NCBI GenBank assembly: GCA_030602585.1
Contig: JAUVZJ010000002.1
Coordinates: forward strand, 3,262 to 67,261
Direction: 5' to 3'
From: Candidatus Methanophagales archaeon
Lineage (GTDB): Archaea; Halobacteriota; Syntropharchaeia; Alkanophagales; Methanospirareceae
DNA length: 64,000 nt
Position numbers and translations under genes: made by a program. Under the pieces are notes generated by a model. That model was not told the origin of the DNA. It worked only from the letters and a program-made list of their open reading frames with translations, and did not search any database. Below are positions 1 to 9,948 of this stretch, piece after piece (positions within the stretch are counted from its first letter, which is position 1; every line of letters starts with the position of its first letter).

Positions 1-243
1 TATCATTTTTTCCGCGTCAAAACTATCGCTGCTGAGCATTCTCACCGCTAAATTGACTATCCTTACTCTTATCCCATTTCGCTCCAGATGCTCCACGATG
101 GAAAAGAAACCTATTGGATACATCTCGAATAAGGGAGTTGAAGGGACTCCATCTGCAATCGGACCGAACATTATAGGATGCTTCCGAAAATCATACACTG
201 TTGGCGCATGGAGTAAGACTAAATGTGGGCTCGTAATGCTCAT
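1..243 (-). CDS. B12-binding domain/radical SAM protein (TIGR04190/Ta0216-like), N-terminal part, truncated by window edge
   Basis: Not in the ORF track. Reverse-strand translation from ATG 243 gives MSITSPHLVLLHAPTVYDFRKHPIMFGPIADGVPSTPLFEMYPIGFFSIVEHLERNGIRVRIVNLAVRML..., open to position 1. The LLHAPxVYDFR...FEMYPIG...RIVNLA pattern fits this family. Confidence 0.75.
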   Translation of the reverse strand, partial: MSITSPHLVLLHAPTVYDFRKHPIMFGPIADGVPSTPLFEMYPIGFFSIVEHLERNGIRVRIVNLAVRMLSSDSFDAEKMI

Positions 244-357
244 TTTCACATCAATATTCTATTAATCCTTTTAACCATAACTTAATATTGCGGTATTATT
301 ATCATGTGAACTTTCGTGGTTTTCTACCATCCTATACATAACCGTGTGACACCATGA

Positions 358-380
358 AAATATCGAAAAATTTATATATG
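358..380 (+). promoter_or_regulatory. BRE/TATA promoter of the mvhD-hdr operon
   Basis: AAATATCGAAAAATTTATATATG about 65 nt upstream of the mvhD ATG: purine-rich BRE followed by TTTATA(T)A. Confidence 0.55.
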
Positions 381-444
381 TTATAAAAACAGGAAATTTA
401 TAAAAAGTTATTGTGAAAAGAAAGAACAGGTATGGGTGAGATAA

Positions 445-873
445 ATGGAAGAAGCGAAAGAGGGATTTGAGCCAAAGATAATCGGGTTTACCTGTAATTG
501 GTGTACGTATGCCGGAGCAGACCTTGCAGGGACGTCTCGAAAGAAATACCCACCGAACGTTCGGATAATAAGGCTTATGTGCTCAGGGAGGTTAGATCCG
601 ATGTTTGTGCTCAAAGTGTTATTAAATGGTGCGGACGGTGTTTTCATTGGGGGCTGTCATCCCGGGGAGTGTCATTATATAAAGGGGAACTTCTATGCCA
701 GACGCAGGATAGCGGCATTAAGAACTATCCTGAAGCAGTTCGGGCTGGATAACCGGGTTAGATCAGAGTGGATCAGTGCATCCGAGGGAGATAAGTTTGC
801 GAGAGTAATGAAGGAGATGGCGGAAGACATAAAGAAGTTGGGACCTAATCCTATGAGGGACAAGATACTATGA
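445..873 (+). CDS. mvhD: MvhD [2Fe-2S] subunit (methyl-viologen-reducing hydrogenase delta-like)
   Basis: FEPKIIGFTCNWCTYAGADLAG, RLMCSGR, GCHPGECHY and WISASEG motifs. Confidence 0.95.
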   Translation: MEEAKEGFEPKIIGFTCNWCTYAGADLAGTSRKKYPPNVRIIRLMCSGRLDPMFVLKVLLNGADGVFIGGCHPGECHYIKGNFYARRRIAALRTILKQFGLDNRVRSEWISASEGDKFARVMKEMAEDIKKLGPNPMRDKIL

Positions 874-1937
874 AAGGAACAGAGCTAAAACAAGAGGATT
901 TGGAAGGGCTATTTAAGAGATTGCTGGAGAAGAAAGCAGTGGATTGTCTGGTATTGCCGCATAAAGTGGGTAACAACGTGGCATACATGCTTGTAAAGGA
1001 CGGTGATAAGATAGAATCGCCAGCAGCGTCGGCTATTTTCGCACCTTCATTCGGAGTAAACGCAGCAAATATCGTGAAGGGATGGACGATACCGGAGAGA
1101 GTAGGAATTGTGGCAAAACCCTGTGAGATAAGGGCGGCAATAGAATTGATGAAACTAAAGCAGATGGACAAGGATAGTGTGCTTCTGATAAGTGCGGATT
1201 GTTCGGGCGCCTTCACGAATCAGGATTATGCAGACCATGCAGGGGAGATAGGTGACTGGGTGGACAGTGGAAAGATAAACGAACTGAAAGATAAAGGGAT
1301 TGCGATACGAGAAGCCTGTGCAATCTGTGAGAATCGGCTTGCAGACGTCGGGGATATTATTATTGAACGTGTGGACGGAGGAAAGGTGCTGGTTGCGGGG
1401 ATAACGGACATGGGCGTTGAGGCATTGTCAAGCACGGAACTATCGCTGGAAGATAAGGATGTGGAAAGACAGGCTGAGAAAGAGAAGATAGCAGCGGATG
1501 CAAAGAAGGAGAAAGAGGAACTGCCAAAATTAAGCAGTGTGGAAGAGTTAGAAGAGTTCCTGAGGGACTGTATAGGGTGCAAGAACTGCCGTGATATGTG
1601 TCCAGTATGTTATTGCAAGGAGTGTTTCTTTGAACAGCCCCTGGGGAAACCTGTCGGTGGAGACTTATTGAACTTAGCAGAGCTGCGGAGTGCGATAGGT
1701 GTGCCAACAAACCAACTGTTATACCATCTCACGAGGATTTATCACGTCTGCACGACGTGCGTTGGATGTGGAGCCTGTGAGGACGCATGTCCGAAGAACA
1801 TACCATTGACGAGACTATATCCAATGATTGCGGAGAAGGTGCAGGAGATATTCGAGTATGAGCCAGGGAAGGACGTTGAGGAGCCGCTACCGTTTATCAC
1901 ATACGAAGAGGAAGAGCTGGAAGAGCACTTAAGGTAA
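870..1937 (+). CDS. FdhB/FrhB-family F420-binding beta subunit with C-terminal 2x[4Fe-4S]
   Basis: GIVAKPCEIRAAIEL, CIGCKNCRDMCPVCYCKEC and CVGCGACEDACP motifs; overlaps the mvhD stop (ATGA). Confidence 0.8.
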   Translation: MKGTELKQEDLEGLFKRLLEKKAVDCLVLPHKVGNNVAYMLVKDGDKIESPAASAIFAPSFGVNAANIVKGWTIPERVGIVAKPCEIRAAIELMKLKQMDKDSVLLISADCSGAFTNQDYADHAGEIGDWVDSGKINELKDKGIAIREACAICENRLADVGDIIIERVDGGKVLVAGITDMGVEALSSTELSLEDKDVERQAEKEKIAADAKKEKEELPKLSSVEELEEFLRDCIGCKNCRDMCPVCYCKECFFEQPLGKPVGGDLLNLAELRSAIGVPTNQLLYHLTRIYHVCTTCVGCGACEDACPKNIPLTRLYPMIAEKVQEIFEYEPGKDVEEPLPFITYEEEELEEHLR

Positions 1938-1938
1938 A

Positions 1939-2538
1939 ATGATAAAGACCTGGGAACTGGACCTGAACTTCAGGAATGAGATATTGAACGAGCCCGGGGG
2001 AGCGCATCTTTCGGCATGTTTCCAGTGCAGCACGTGCACGATAGGATGCCCGATTGCGGAAATTGTGCCGAGTTACAATCCGAGGAAGATTATCCAGATG
2101 AGCCTGTTGGGGATGCGAGAGGAAGTTCTGTCAAACCCGGATTTGTGGATTTGTGCTATCTGTCAGACGTGCACGGCGCGATGCCCGCAAGACGTGCGGA
2201 TTAGCGATTTGCTGGCTGCGATAAGGCGAATAGCAGAGAAAGATGCGGAAGCGGGCAAGTTGAAGATAGATAGCGTTAGACCACTGTTTGAGAAGGCATT
2301 TCTGCATCAATTAGAGAAGTATGGTCGGCTCTTTGATATGGGACTTGCAATGGAATTTTACAAGGGAAAAGAAGGGGGGTCGTTCATTAAAGGGCAATTA
2401 GCAATGATGAAGGATTTCAAGGATTTCGGAATGCGGATGTTCAAGAAAGGGAAAATGGGACCGAAGGCAATGTTCCCGGAGAAAGTGAAGAAAACGGAAG
2501 AGATAAAGAAGATTTTCGAGAAGGTGGAAGGAAAATGA
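1939..2538 (+). CDS. hdrC: Heterodisulfide reductase subunit C
   Basis: CFQCSTCTIGCP, YNPRKII and WICAICQTCTARCPQDV. Confidence 0.92.
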   Translation: MIKTWELDLNFRNEILNEPGGAHLSACFQCSTCTIGCPIAEIVPSYNPRKIIQMSLLGMREEVLSNPDLWICAICQTCTARCPQDVRISDLLAAIRRIAEKDAEAGKLKIDSVRPLFEKAFLHQLEKYGRLFDMGLAMEFYKGKEGGSFIKGQLAMMKDFKDFGMRMFKKGKMGPKAMFPEKVKKTEEIKKIFEKVEGK

Positions 2539-3401
2539 GCGAAAAGAAACTTGCATACCATCCTGGATGTCCATCGGCAACGACCGCGATAGAGCAGGAT
2601 ATGTCAACAAAAGCAGTATTTGAGAAATTAGGGATTGAACTGGCGGAGATGGAGGACTGGAACTGCTGCGGAGCGGCGGAAGCAGAGGACCCGATATTAG
2701 TGTATGCGTTAAATGCGAGGAATCTTGCTATTGCCGAAAAGGACGGGTTGGACATTGTAACACCGTGCAGTATATGTTATTACAATTTAGCGAGGACTGA
2801 CAAGGCGTTGAGGGAAGATGAAGGCTTACGTGCGAAAATGAGTGAGATAGATGATTCCCTCAACTATAAGGGGACGATAAAGGCGAGACACATACTGGAC
2901 GTCCTCGTAAACGGGATAGGCATGGATGAATTGTCAGGTAAGATAGAGAAGAAGGTAAACGTGAAGGTAGCGCCGTATTATGGTTGTTATATAGGGCGAC
3001 CAGGCGAGACGGCTTTTGATGACCCCGACGACCCGGATTTGATGGACAAGTTGATAGAATTGATAGGTGGAGAAAACGTTCAGTTCAGTAGCATGAAGAC
3101 GAAGTGCTGTGGAGGACCGCTGATGATGACGAGAGAGGATATAGCATTTGAGATGGCGAGGAAGGTACTGGAGTCGGCGAAGAATGCTGGTGCGGACTGT
3201 ATTGCACTTGCATGTCCACTGTGCGGTATGATGCTGGATGCGAAGCAGCCCGATATGGAAAAGAAGTTAAAAATCACAATCGAAATGCCGGTAGTTTACA
3301 TCACGCAGTTGTTGGGTCTCGCGCTTGGGATAGACTCGAATAAACTCGGTTTTAATAAAAATATCGTATCCACGAAAGAAATTCTTGGGAAGGTGATATA
3401 A
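2535..3401 (+). CDS. hdrB: Heterodisulfide reductase subunit B (CCG domains)
   Basis: PGC...WNCCGA...TPCSIC and YYGC...KCCGG...ACPLC, i.e. two CCG domains. Confidence 0.92.
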   Translation: MSEKKLAYHPGCPSATTAIEQDMSTKAVFEKLGIELAEMEDWNCCGAAEAEDPILVYALNARNLAIAEKDGLDIVTPCSICYYNLARTDKALREDEGLRAKMSEIDDSLNYKGTIKARHILDVLVNGIGMDELSGKIEKKVNVKVAPYYGCYIGRPGETAFDDPDDPDLMDKLIELIGGENVQFSSMKTKCCGGPLMMTREDIAFEMARKVLESAKNAGADCIALACPLCGMMLDAKQPDMEKKLKITIEMPVVYITQLLGLALGIDSNKLGFNKNIVSTKEILGKVI

Positions 3402-6119
3402 ATGGGAATTGCGATTATTGGAGGAGGCGTTGCAGGGATTACGGCAGCTCTTGACCTCGCGGATTCCGGGTTCAAAGTATATTTAATAGAGAAGAATGCG
3501 GAACTCGGCGGTAAGATGGCGGAGCTTGCGGAATGCAAGACCGGGTTATCACCGAAGATAATGGAAATAGAAAATCATCCGAACATAGAACTGTTGTTGT
3601 CAAGCGAGTTAGAGAGTTTATCCGGGTCGGCGGGAGAGTTCAAGTTGAAAGTGTCGGGTAAGGAGATAGAAGCGGAGAGCGTGGTGCTGGCACCGGGATA
3701 CGATGTGTTCGATGAAATACCGAAGAGTTATGCAATAGGGCATCCGGACGTTGTCACTTCGTTAGAATTTGAAGGTATTCTCATGAATGCGACTGCGAGT
3801 GAGACTGGGGAATTGTTGCGACCATCAGATGGTAAACGAGTGAAAAAGATAGGTTTTATCCAGTGTATTGGGTCGAGATGCCAAGAGAACGAGATATGCT
3901 CGACTGCGTGCTGCGCGTACACGGCGAAAGAAGCGTGGGAAGTGAAGGAAAGATACCCTGACATGGATATTTACGTCTTCTACATGGATATAAGAGTGTT
4001 TGGCAAGGATGAGGAACTGGTGGCGGAATTAAAGGATAAATATGGCGTGAAGTACATAAGGTCAAGGGTTCCGGAGGTTATGCAGGAGAATGGTGCCCTG
4101 TCAGTTAAGTTTGAGAACTTAGAGAAAGGAGCAATAGATAAATTAGACCTCGATATGGTGGTTCTTGCAGTTGGACTTCTGCCATCGAAGACATTAAGCA
4201 GGCTTGCAGAAATAACGGGCGTGAAAACTGATAAATACGGTTATCTTGAGACGAGTATCACGAACCCGATGGAAACAAGTGTCAGCGGTGTGTTCGCATG
4301 TGGAACGGCAACGGCACCGATGAAGGTTCGTGAAAGTGTTGCGCAGGCAAGTGGTGCGGCATTAAATGCAGCGCTTCTTTCAGAGAGAACGGAGATGATT
4401 CCGGGGCAGGAGGAGCGTAAATACGTTGAAGCGGGCGAGGAGCTGAAGATAGGCGTTTTTATATGCGGTTGTGAAGGCGAGGTCGGGAAGTCTGTGGATA
4501 TACCTGCGGTTGCGGAACGAGTGAAACAACTGAAGGGCGTTGTTGATGTGAACAGCGAAACGGACACAATGGAAGCGGCGATGGAAGCGATAGAGGGTGG
4601 AATAGTGGACCAGGGGTTGAACAGGATTGTATTTGCGGGATATTCACCGAGGAAGTATGAGGATACAGCCAGGGATGCATGCGCAAAGGCAGGATTGAAT
4701 CCTTATTTACTGGAGATGGTGAACTTAAGGGAACAGTGTGCGTGTGTTTACGATAAAGGAGCAGCGACAGAAGCGGCGGTTGATCTGATACTCATGGCGG
4801 TAGAGCGAGCGCGGTATCTTGAAGAGATTCCAGTCGAGAGGTATCCGGTGATACCGAAAGCACTTGTTATCGGCGGTGGCGTGTCCGGGATGAATGCAAC
4901 GCTTGGTATTGCAGATGCAGGCTATGAAGTATATTTAGTGGAGAAAGAGCCGGAATTAGGTGGCAGTTTGAGAGAGAACATCGAGTTACAGAGTGGAGAG
5001 AAATCTTCTGACGTTTTAAAAGAATTTATTGATAGAGTACAGAGTAACGAGCGGATAAATGTATATACGAATGCGAAGGAAGAGGATGTCACGGGAAGAG
5101 CAGGTTCGTTTAAGGCGAAGATAGTCGGAGAGGGAGCAAACGAGGATATAGACTTCGGTGCTTGTATAATTGCGACCGGAACGAATGAATCCGTGCCTGA
5201 AGGTTACTATGGCTATGGTAAAGATAAAAATGTGGTAACGCAACCAGAGTTTGGGAAGATACTGGGAGGCGCATTATCCGCGAACACTGTTGTTATGATT
5301 CAAGATGTGGGACCGGATGGAGGAGTGAATCCAAAGTATAGCAGTATCGAATTGATGAATAACGTGTTAAAAGCGAAGGATAAGAACCCTGATTTGAATG
5401 TATTCGTGCTGTACCAGGACATTAAGACATACGGTAAGTGGGAAGTGCTATACAAAGAGGCAAGAGAAAAAGGCGTGATATTCCTCAGATACGATAAAGA
5501 TAAGCCGCCAAAATATGAAGATGGGATTGTTTCGGTCCACGATGTGATATTAAACGATGAGATACAGATAAAGCCTGATTTGGTGGTGCTCAGCACGCCG
5601 GCAATGCCCGCAGAGGAGAACGAGAGACTGAGCAAGATGTTCAAAATCCCTCTTAAGAAGGGGTTCTTCATGGAGGAGCAGGAACGACCAAAGATGGTAT
5701 TAACTCCGGTTGACACGGTGAACGAAGGAGTGTTCATCTGTGGTTCCGCGGTTTATCCAGCACTGATAGATGAATGCCTTGCGATGAGCAGTGCAGCAGC
5801 ATCGAGGGCATGTGTGCTGTTAGCAAAAGATTTCATCGAGACGCCTGCGGTGACTTCGGTAGTTGACGAGCTGATATGTTCAGGCTGCGGCGTGTGTGTG
5901 GATATGTGTCCGGTTGAGGCGATAGAGTTGACCGAGGAGCCGGTGCCTGTGGTTACTTTCGGCGTGGCGACGGTGATAAGCGGGACGAAGAGGGTTGCGA
6001 AGGTCAATGATGGCTGTATGGGTTGCGGAAGTTGCGCTTCTTATTGCCCTTCAGGAGCGATGTCGTTGAAGCATTTCAGGGATAAGCAGGTTTACGCTCA
6101 GTTGGATTATGCGGTGTGA
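3402..6119 (+). CDS. hdrA: Heterodisulfide reductase subunit A-like, tandem double FAD-domain form (905 aa)
   Basis: Two GGG(V)xG Rossmann motifs, IQCIGSR...CSTACC, internal IGVFICGC/NLREQC domain and C-terminal 2x[4Fe-4S] ferredoxin. Confidence 0.9.
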   Translation: MGIAIIGGGVAGITAALDLADSGFKVYLIEKNAELGGKMAELAECKTGLSPKIMEIENHPNIELLLSSELESLSGSAGEFKLKVSGKEIEAESVVLAPGYDVFDEIPKSYAIGHPDVVTSLEFEGILMNATASETGELLRPSDGKRVKKIGFIQCIGSRCQENEICSTACCAYTAKEAWEVKERYPDMDIYVFYMDIRVFGKDEELVAELKDKYGVKYIRSRVPEVMQENGALSVKFENLEKGAIDKLDLDMVVLAVGLLPSKTLSRLAEITGVKTDKYGYLETSITNPMETSVSGVFACGTATAPMKVRESVAQASGAALNAALLSERTEMIPGQEERKYVEAGEELKIGVFICGCEGEVGKSVDIPAVAERVKQLKGVVDVNSETDTMEAAMEAIEGGIVDQGLNRIVFAGYSPRKYEDTARDACAKAGLNPYLLEMVNLREQCACVYDKGAATEAAVDLILMAVERARYLEEIPVERYPVIPKALVIGGGVSGMNATLGIADAGYEVYLVEKEPELGGSLRENIELQSGEKSSDVLKEFIDRVQSNERINVYTNAKEEDVTGRAGSFKAKIVGEGANEDIDFGACIIATGTNESVPEGYYGYGKDKNVVTQPEFGKILGGALSANTVVMIQDVGPDGGVNPKYSSIELMNNVLKAKDKNPDLNVFVLYQDIKTYGKWEVLYKEAREKGVIFLRYDKDKPPKYEDGIVSVHDVILNDEIQIKPDLVVLSTPAMPAEENERLSKMFKIPLKKGFFMEEQERPKMVLTPVDTVNEGVFICGSAVYPALIDECLAMSSAAASRACVLLAKDFIETPAVTSVVDELICSGCGVCVDMCPVEAIELTEEPVPVVTFGVATVISGTKRVAKVNDGCMGCGSCASYCPSGAMSLKHFRDKQVYAQLDYAV

Positions 6120-6126
6120 GACATAG

Positions 6127-6150
6127 TCCACTGGGTTTTTCTTTTTTATT
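6127..6150 (+). terminator. Oligo-T archaeal terminator after the hdr operon
   Basis: GGGTTTTTCTTTTTTATT just downstream of the hdrA stop. Confidence 0.45.
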
Positions 6151-6315
6151 AATGTCGGATGTGTTTTTATGTATCATTTAACGGACCGAAGGTTCCAAGG
6201 TCGCTGTTTGAATGAGAAATAGACAATGGTGTTGACAGATGTCTAAAGCACAAAGGCTTAAAAGGGTTGATTGCTCAAAAGTTTTATAAAGAGAGAAATA
6301 TCATTTAGATATAAA

Positions 6316-7965
6316 ATGAGGATCGAAGCGTTCACCATAAAAAACTATAGAAGTATTAAAGAACTTAAAATCGAAAATCTAAATCCCGTTAACGTATTTT
6401 TTGGTAAAAATAATGTAGGTAAGTCAAACATACTCCGGGGTTTACATCAGGCATTTTTCTGCCTTAAAAACGATAGAATATTTTTGCCCGACACTATGTT
6501 TTATAATAGGGATATATACAAACCCATTGAAATCGCAGTTGAACTGATTTTGGAAGAGGACTTTTACGATATTGAAAAAGTCAATAGCGCTTTAAAGGGG
6601 GGAATAGATAAAATTCATTCGGCGATTGCCTACGACCAAGAAATATTCATGGATAGTATAAAGGAAGTAGAGCAGTTTATAGAAGAATCGGAGTCATTTA
6701 AACCTTTGAAAAAGGTGGGTTTAAAAATGCATCTTGATTACAACGAAGGAACAACCGATATTGGCGTTTCAATTGAAGATTTAGAATCTGATTACAGGTT
6801 TGATTATGGAAAATACCGAATTTTGTATGAAAAGTTAAAACGCACTATCTTGGGAGGAATAAATAACAAAATAGAACGATTAAGTGATTCGTTTTTATCC
6901 CAATTATCTCCTTTGGAAATTGATGCGGGGGAGGAGGTAAGGGAGATCCTCTTCTATCTCTTGAAGCGTCGCGTTCGTGGTATAGGTGGCATAGAATATA
7001 GGCATTACATGGAACGTCTAAGAAAATATTTAAAAGATATACAAGATACCGACAAAAAAGAAGAAGTTTTGTCCCTATTAGAGCAATATGAAGAAATACT
7101 TATAGACTCAGAAGGTCTACTGACAGAACCCTTTTCCACGACTTTCCGCATAGTAAAAGAATACTTCGATAAAATATCCGATAATTTTATATTGATTCCT
7201 AACAAGGAATATTTCCCGAAAGGTCCTTTCACTGAAAAGGGCGGAGAACAAATAGAAATCTTTGAAATCGAGAGATTTGAGGACAAATTGCTTTCGCTCA
7301 TTGAATCGCCAAGCAAAAAGGAACGAACACTTATTCAAAACTTTAATGATATTTGGAGCAGATCATACGGAGATTTGGGAGAACTCGAAATTAGAAAGTT
7401 TCGGGAAGAAGTGTTTGCAATTTTTGATACGGGCTTTACTGCACTTCCCATTGAAGATCAAGGTCTGGGTATGCAAGACCTGTTTCTTTATCTCGCACAC
7501 ATGCTTCTGTTCGATACTGCTATCATAGCAATTGAAGAACCAGAGGGAGGTTTGTCCACAGAAAACCAAATAACTTTGCATAATATCATCGAAGATGTTT
7601 ACTCAGGAAGCGATAAGCAAATTTTCATCTCTTCGCACTCTAAAGAATTTGAAACACCAAGCAGTTATATCATTGAGATGGGCAAAGGAGGAACAAAAGA
7701 AATCAGTAGAAGGGAAAAGGAAAAAGAATATGAAGAAAAGATTGATGGGATATTAATCGGTAGGAGACTGGAGGAGGAAAAAGAGCAGTATGAAGCTCTG
7801 CTCAGAGAAGTTACCGAACGGGAAATAACCCTCGACATACTGAATCATATCAGCAAACTGGGGGATGAAGAAAAAGTTGATGCGCAGAAGATTTCTAATG
7901 AGTTAGGCTATAAAAAAGAAAAAGTTGAAGAAGTCTTGAGGGAAATCGCAGGGAGAAGAATATGA
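6316..7965 (+). CDS. ABC-type (AAA_15/OLD-family-like) ATPase without TOPRIM; C-terminal coiled coil and probable wHTH
   Basis: IKNYRSI, Walker A GKNNVGKS, signature QGLGMQ, Walker B IAIEEPE, H-loop ISSHS. ATG 6316 preferred to TTG 6271. Confidence 0.8.
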   Translation: MRIEAFTIKNYRSIKELKIENLNPVNVFFGKNNVGKSNILRGLHQAFFCLKNDRIFLPDTMFYNRDIYKPIEIAVELILEEDFYDIEKVNSALKGGIDKIHSAIAYDQEIFMDSIKEVEQFIEESESFKPLKKVGLKMHLDYNEGTTDIGVSIEDLESDYRFDYGKYRILYEKLKRTILGGINNKIERLSDSFLSQLSPLEIDAGEEVREILFYLLKRRVRGIGGIEYRHYMERLRKYLKDIQDTDKKEEVLSLLEQYEEILIDSEGLLTEPFSTTFRIVKEYFDKISDNFILIPNKEYFPKGPFTEKGGEQIEIFEIERFEDKLLSLIESPSKKERTLIQNFNDIWSRSYGDLGELEIRKFREEVFAIFDTGFTALPIEDQGLGMQDLFLYLAHMLLFDTAIIAIEEPEGGLSTENQITLHNIIEDVYSGSDKQIFISSHSKEFETPSSYIIEMGKGGTKEISRREKEKEYEEKIDGILIGRRLEEEKEQYEALLREVTEREITLDILNHISKLGDEEKVDAQKISNELGYKKEKVEEVLREIAGRRI

Positions 7966-8399
7966 GTGAACCGCCTCTTATAAGCGATATAAAAAATATC
8001 GCACAAGAGATGACAGAAGAAATATTAAGAGAACAACGAAAAACCAGAAGCGAGATTAGCGAAAAGATAAATGGAAGTCGTTCGGAGATTATTACCGTAA
8101 TATTTTCAGAAAGTAGAAAAATAAGGCAAGAAATTGGGTATCAAACTATGATGCTAAAAATATTAGGGGATAATCTGAGCGAAATACAATTTGATGAAGA
8201 AACCGGGATTTCTTCCAAGATCGAAGTAAGTGTCGGAGCGGAGATTTTCGGAACGGGAGCAAAGTGGATTTTGGATATTGACGTTGCTAAAGTGAGTTAT
8301 TCTGATTTGCTTCGGGCTATACAAGAGTATCCCGGGATTCCGCCTAAGTTAAAGAAAAAAGCGAAATCAAAACTTGAAGGAGTCGCAAATTCGGGCTAA
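7962..8399 (+). CDS. Hypothetical protein, translationally coupled to the ATPase
   Basis: 145-aa ORF with ATGA overlap, helical N-terminus and beta-rich C-terminus. Confidence 0.7.
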   Translation: MSEPPLISDIKNIAQEMTEEILREQRKTRSEISEKINGSRSEIITVIFSESRKIRQEIGYQTMMLKILGDNLSEIQFDEETGISSKIEVSVGAEIFGTGAKWILDIDVAKVSYSDLLRAIQEYPGIPPKLKKKAKSKLEGVANSG

Positions 8400-8569
8400 T
8401 TATACAGAATCGCCTTGCTATTTTTGTTTGACCACCCGCTGCAATTCTACCCTTTTTCTCCCAGTTTACATTCCATTGTTTCAATCAACCTTTTCTCTGA
8501 AGCAAAGTAAAAAGCATTTCAATAAACACTTTTTAGAAAATGGGTTTAATTTAGAATGTGATATGAAAA

Positions 8570-9877
8570 ATGAACATGCTAATCAAGAACCGGAAATACG
8601 CAACCGAAATAACCGCAGATGATGACGGAGAACGTGTGAGCATAGCAGGCTGGGTGCATGAGAAACGGGATTTAGGCGGTGTCTTTTTCCTTATCGTGCG
8701 AGACCTTAAAGGCGTTGCTCAGGTTACACTGCACAAGGGCGAAGGTGAGCAGCAGGAACTGCTTGGACGGATGAAAAAAGTACCTCGTGAATCAGTAGTG
8801 GCGATAGAAGGTGAAGTAAAGAGCGAGAAAAAGGCGCCGAATGGATATGAGATATTACCCAAACGAATGGAAGTTCTAAGCGAGGCATCGCAAGTTTTAC
8901 CGCTGGATACCACAGGAAAAGTTGGTGCAGAGCTGGATACGAGGTTGGATGCGAGATTCATGGACCTGAGAACCGAGAGAACAAAGCAGATATTTATTAT
9001 TCGCAGTCGTGTTCTCAAGGCGATGAGAGATTTCTTCGACGAGCGCGGTTTTATAGAAATAAACACGTCAAAGATAGTAAGTGCAGCGACGGAAGGCGGC
9101 ACTGCTCTATTCCCTATTTCTTATTTTGAACGAGAAGCGTTCTTAAATCAGAGCCCACAGCTTTACAAGCAGATGCTCATGGCTTCTGGCTTTGACCGCG
9201 TGTATGAAATAGCGCCGATATTCAGGGCTGAGGAGCATGACACCACGAAACACCTTAACGAAGCTACTTCGGTGGATATAGAAGTTGCATTTGTATCTGA
9301 TGATGAGGTAATGAAGATATTAGAGGAGCTTATTGCATTTGTATATTCAAAGGTTGTGGATTATCCGGGCTTAGCCAAGCTGAATTTGAACCTGGAAGTT
9401 CCAAAGATGCCATTCAGGCGTATAACTTATGATGAAGCGATAGAGCTACTTTCCGGGGCAGGTGAGCAGATAGAATGGGGCGAAGACCTCGGCACTTCTG
9501 CTGAACATACGCTGGGCGGGATAATAGGCGAGCTTTATTTCATCACGGACTGGCCATGTGCGATAAAACCGTTTTATGCACAGCCGGTTGCCGGGGATAA
9601 AGATATTTGCGATGCGTTTGACCTGATGCATCCAAGATTAGAGCTTGCATCAGGCTCGCAGCGTGTTCATTCATACGAGCTGCTGAAGAAGAACATAGAA
9701 TCAAAAGGACTGAGTGCGGATAATTTTGAGTTTTATCTCGACGCTTTTCGTTTTGGTATGCCGCCGCATGCGGGCTGGGGGCTTGGCGTTGAAAGACTGT
9801 TGATGAGCATGCTGGAGATAGAAAACATAAGGGAAGTGGTACTTTTCCCTCGTGATAGGAGAAGGCTGGCACCGTGA
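8570..9877 (+). CDS. aspS: Aspartyl-tRNA synthetase, archaeal non-discriminating type (Asp/Asn)
   Basis: GWVHEKRDLGG, QSPQLYKQ, FRAE and GMPPHAGWGLGVERL. His in GWVH and Pro in KAPNG are the non-discriminating signatures. Confidence 0.95.
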   Translation: MNMLIKNRKYATEITADDDGERVSIAGWVHEKRDLGGVFFLIVRDLKGVAQVTLHKGEGEQQELLGRMKKVPRESVVAIEGEVKSEKKAPNGYEILPKRMEVLSEASQVLPLDTTGKVGAELDTRLDARFMDLRTERTKQIFIIRSRVLKAMRDFFDERGFIEINTSKIVSAATEGGTALFPISYFEREAFLNQSPQLYKQMLMASGFDRVYEIAPIFRAEEHDTTKHLNEATSVDIEVAFVSDDEVMKILEELIAFVYSKVVDYPGLAKLNLNLEVPKMPFRRITYDEAIELLSGAGEQIEWGEDLGTSAEHTLGGIIGELYFITDWPCAIKPFYAQPVAGDKDICDAFDLMHPRLELASGSQRVHSYELLKKNIESKGLSADNFEFYLDAFRFGMPPHAGWGLGVERLLMSMLEIENIREVVLFPRDRRRLAP

Positions 9878-9948
9878 TGTGTATGCGGAGAAAAAAAGCA
9901 AAAAATTTATATAAGGATGGTGAATTAACAAAAAAGGGGTGAAAAGGT

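Noticed and set aside
53..265. 70-aa plus-strand ORF
   Set aside because: It is antisense to the recognisable radical SAM gene start at 243 on the minus strand.
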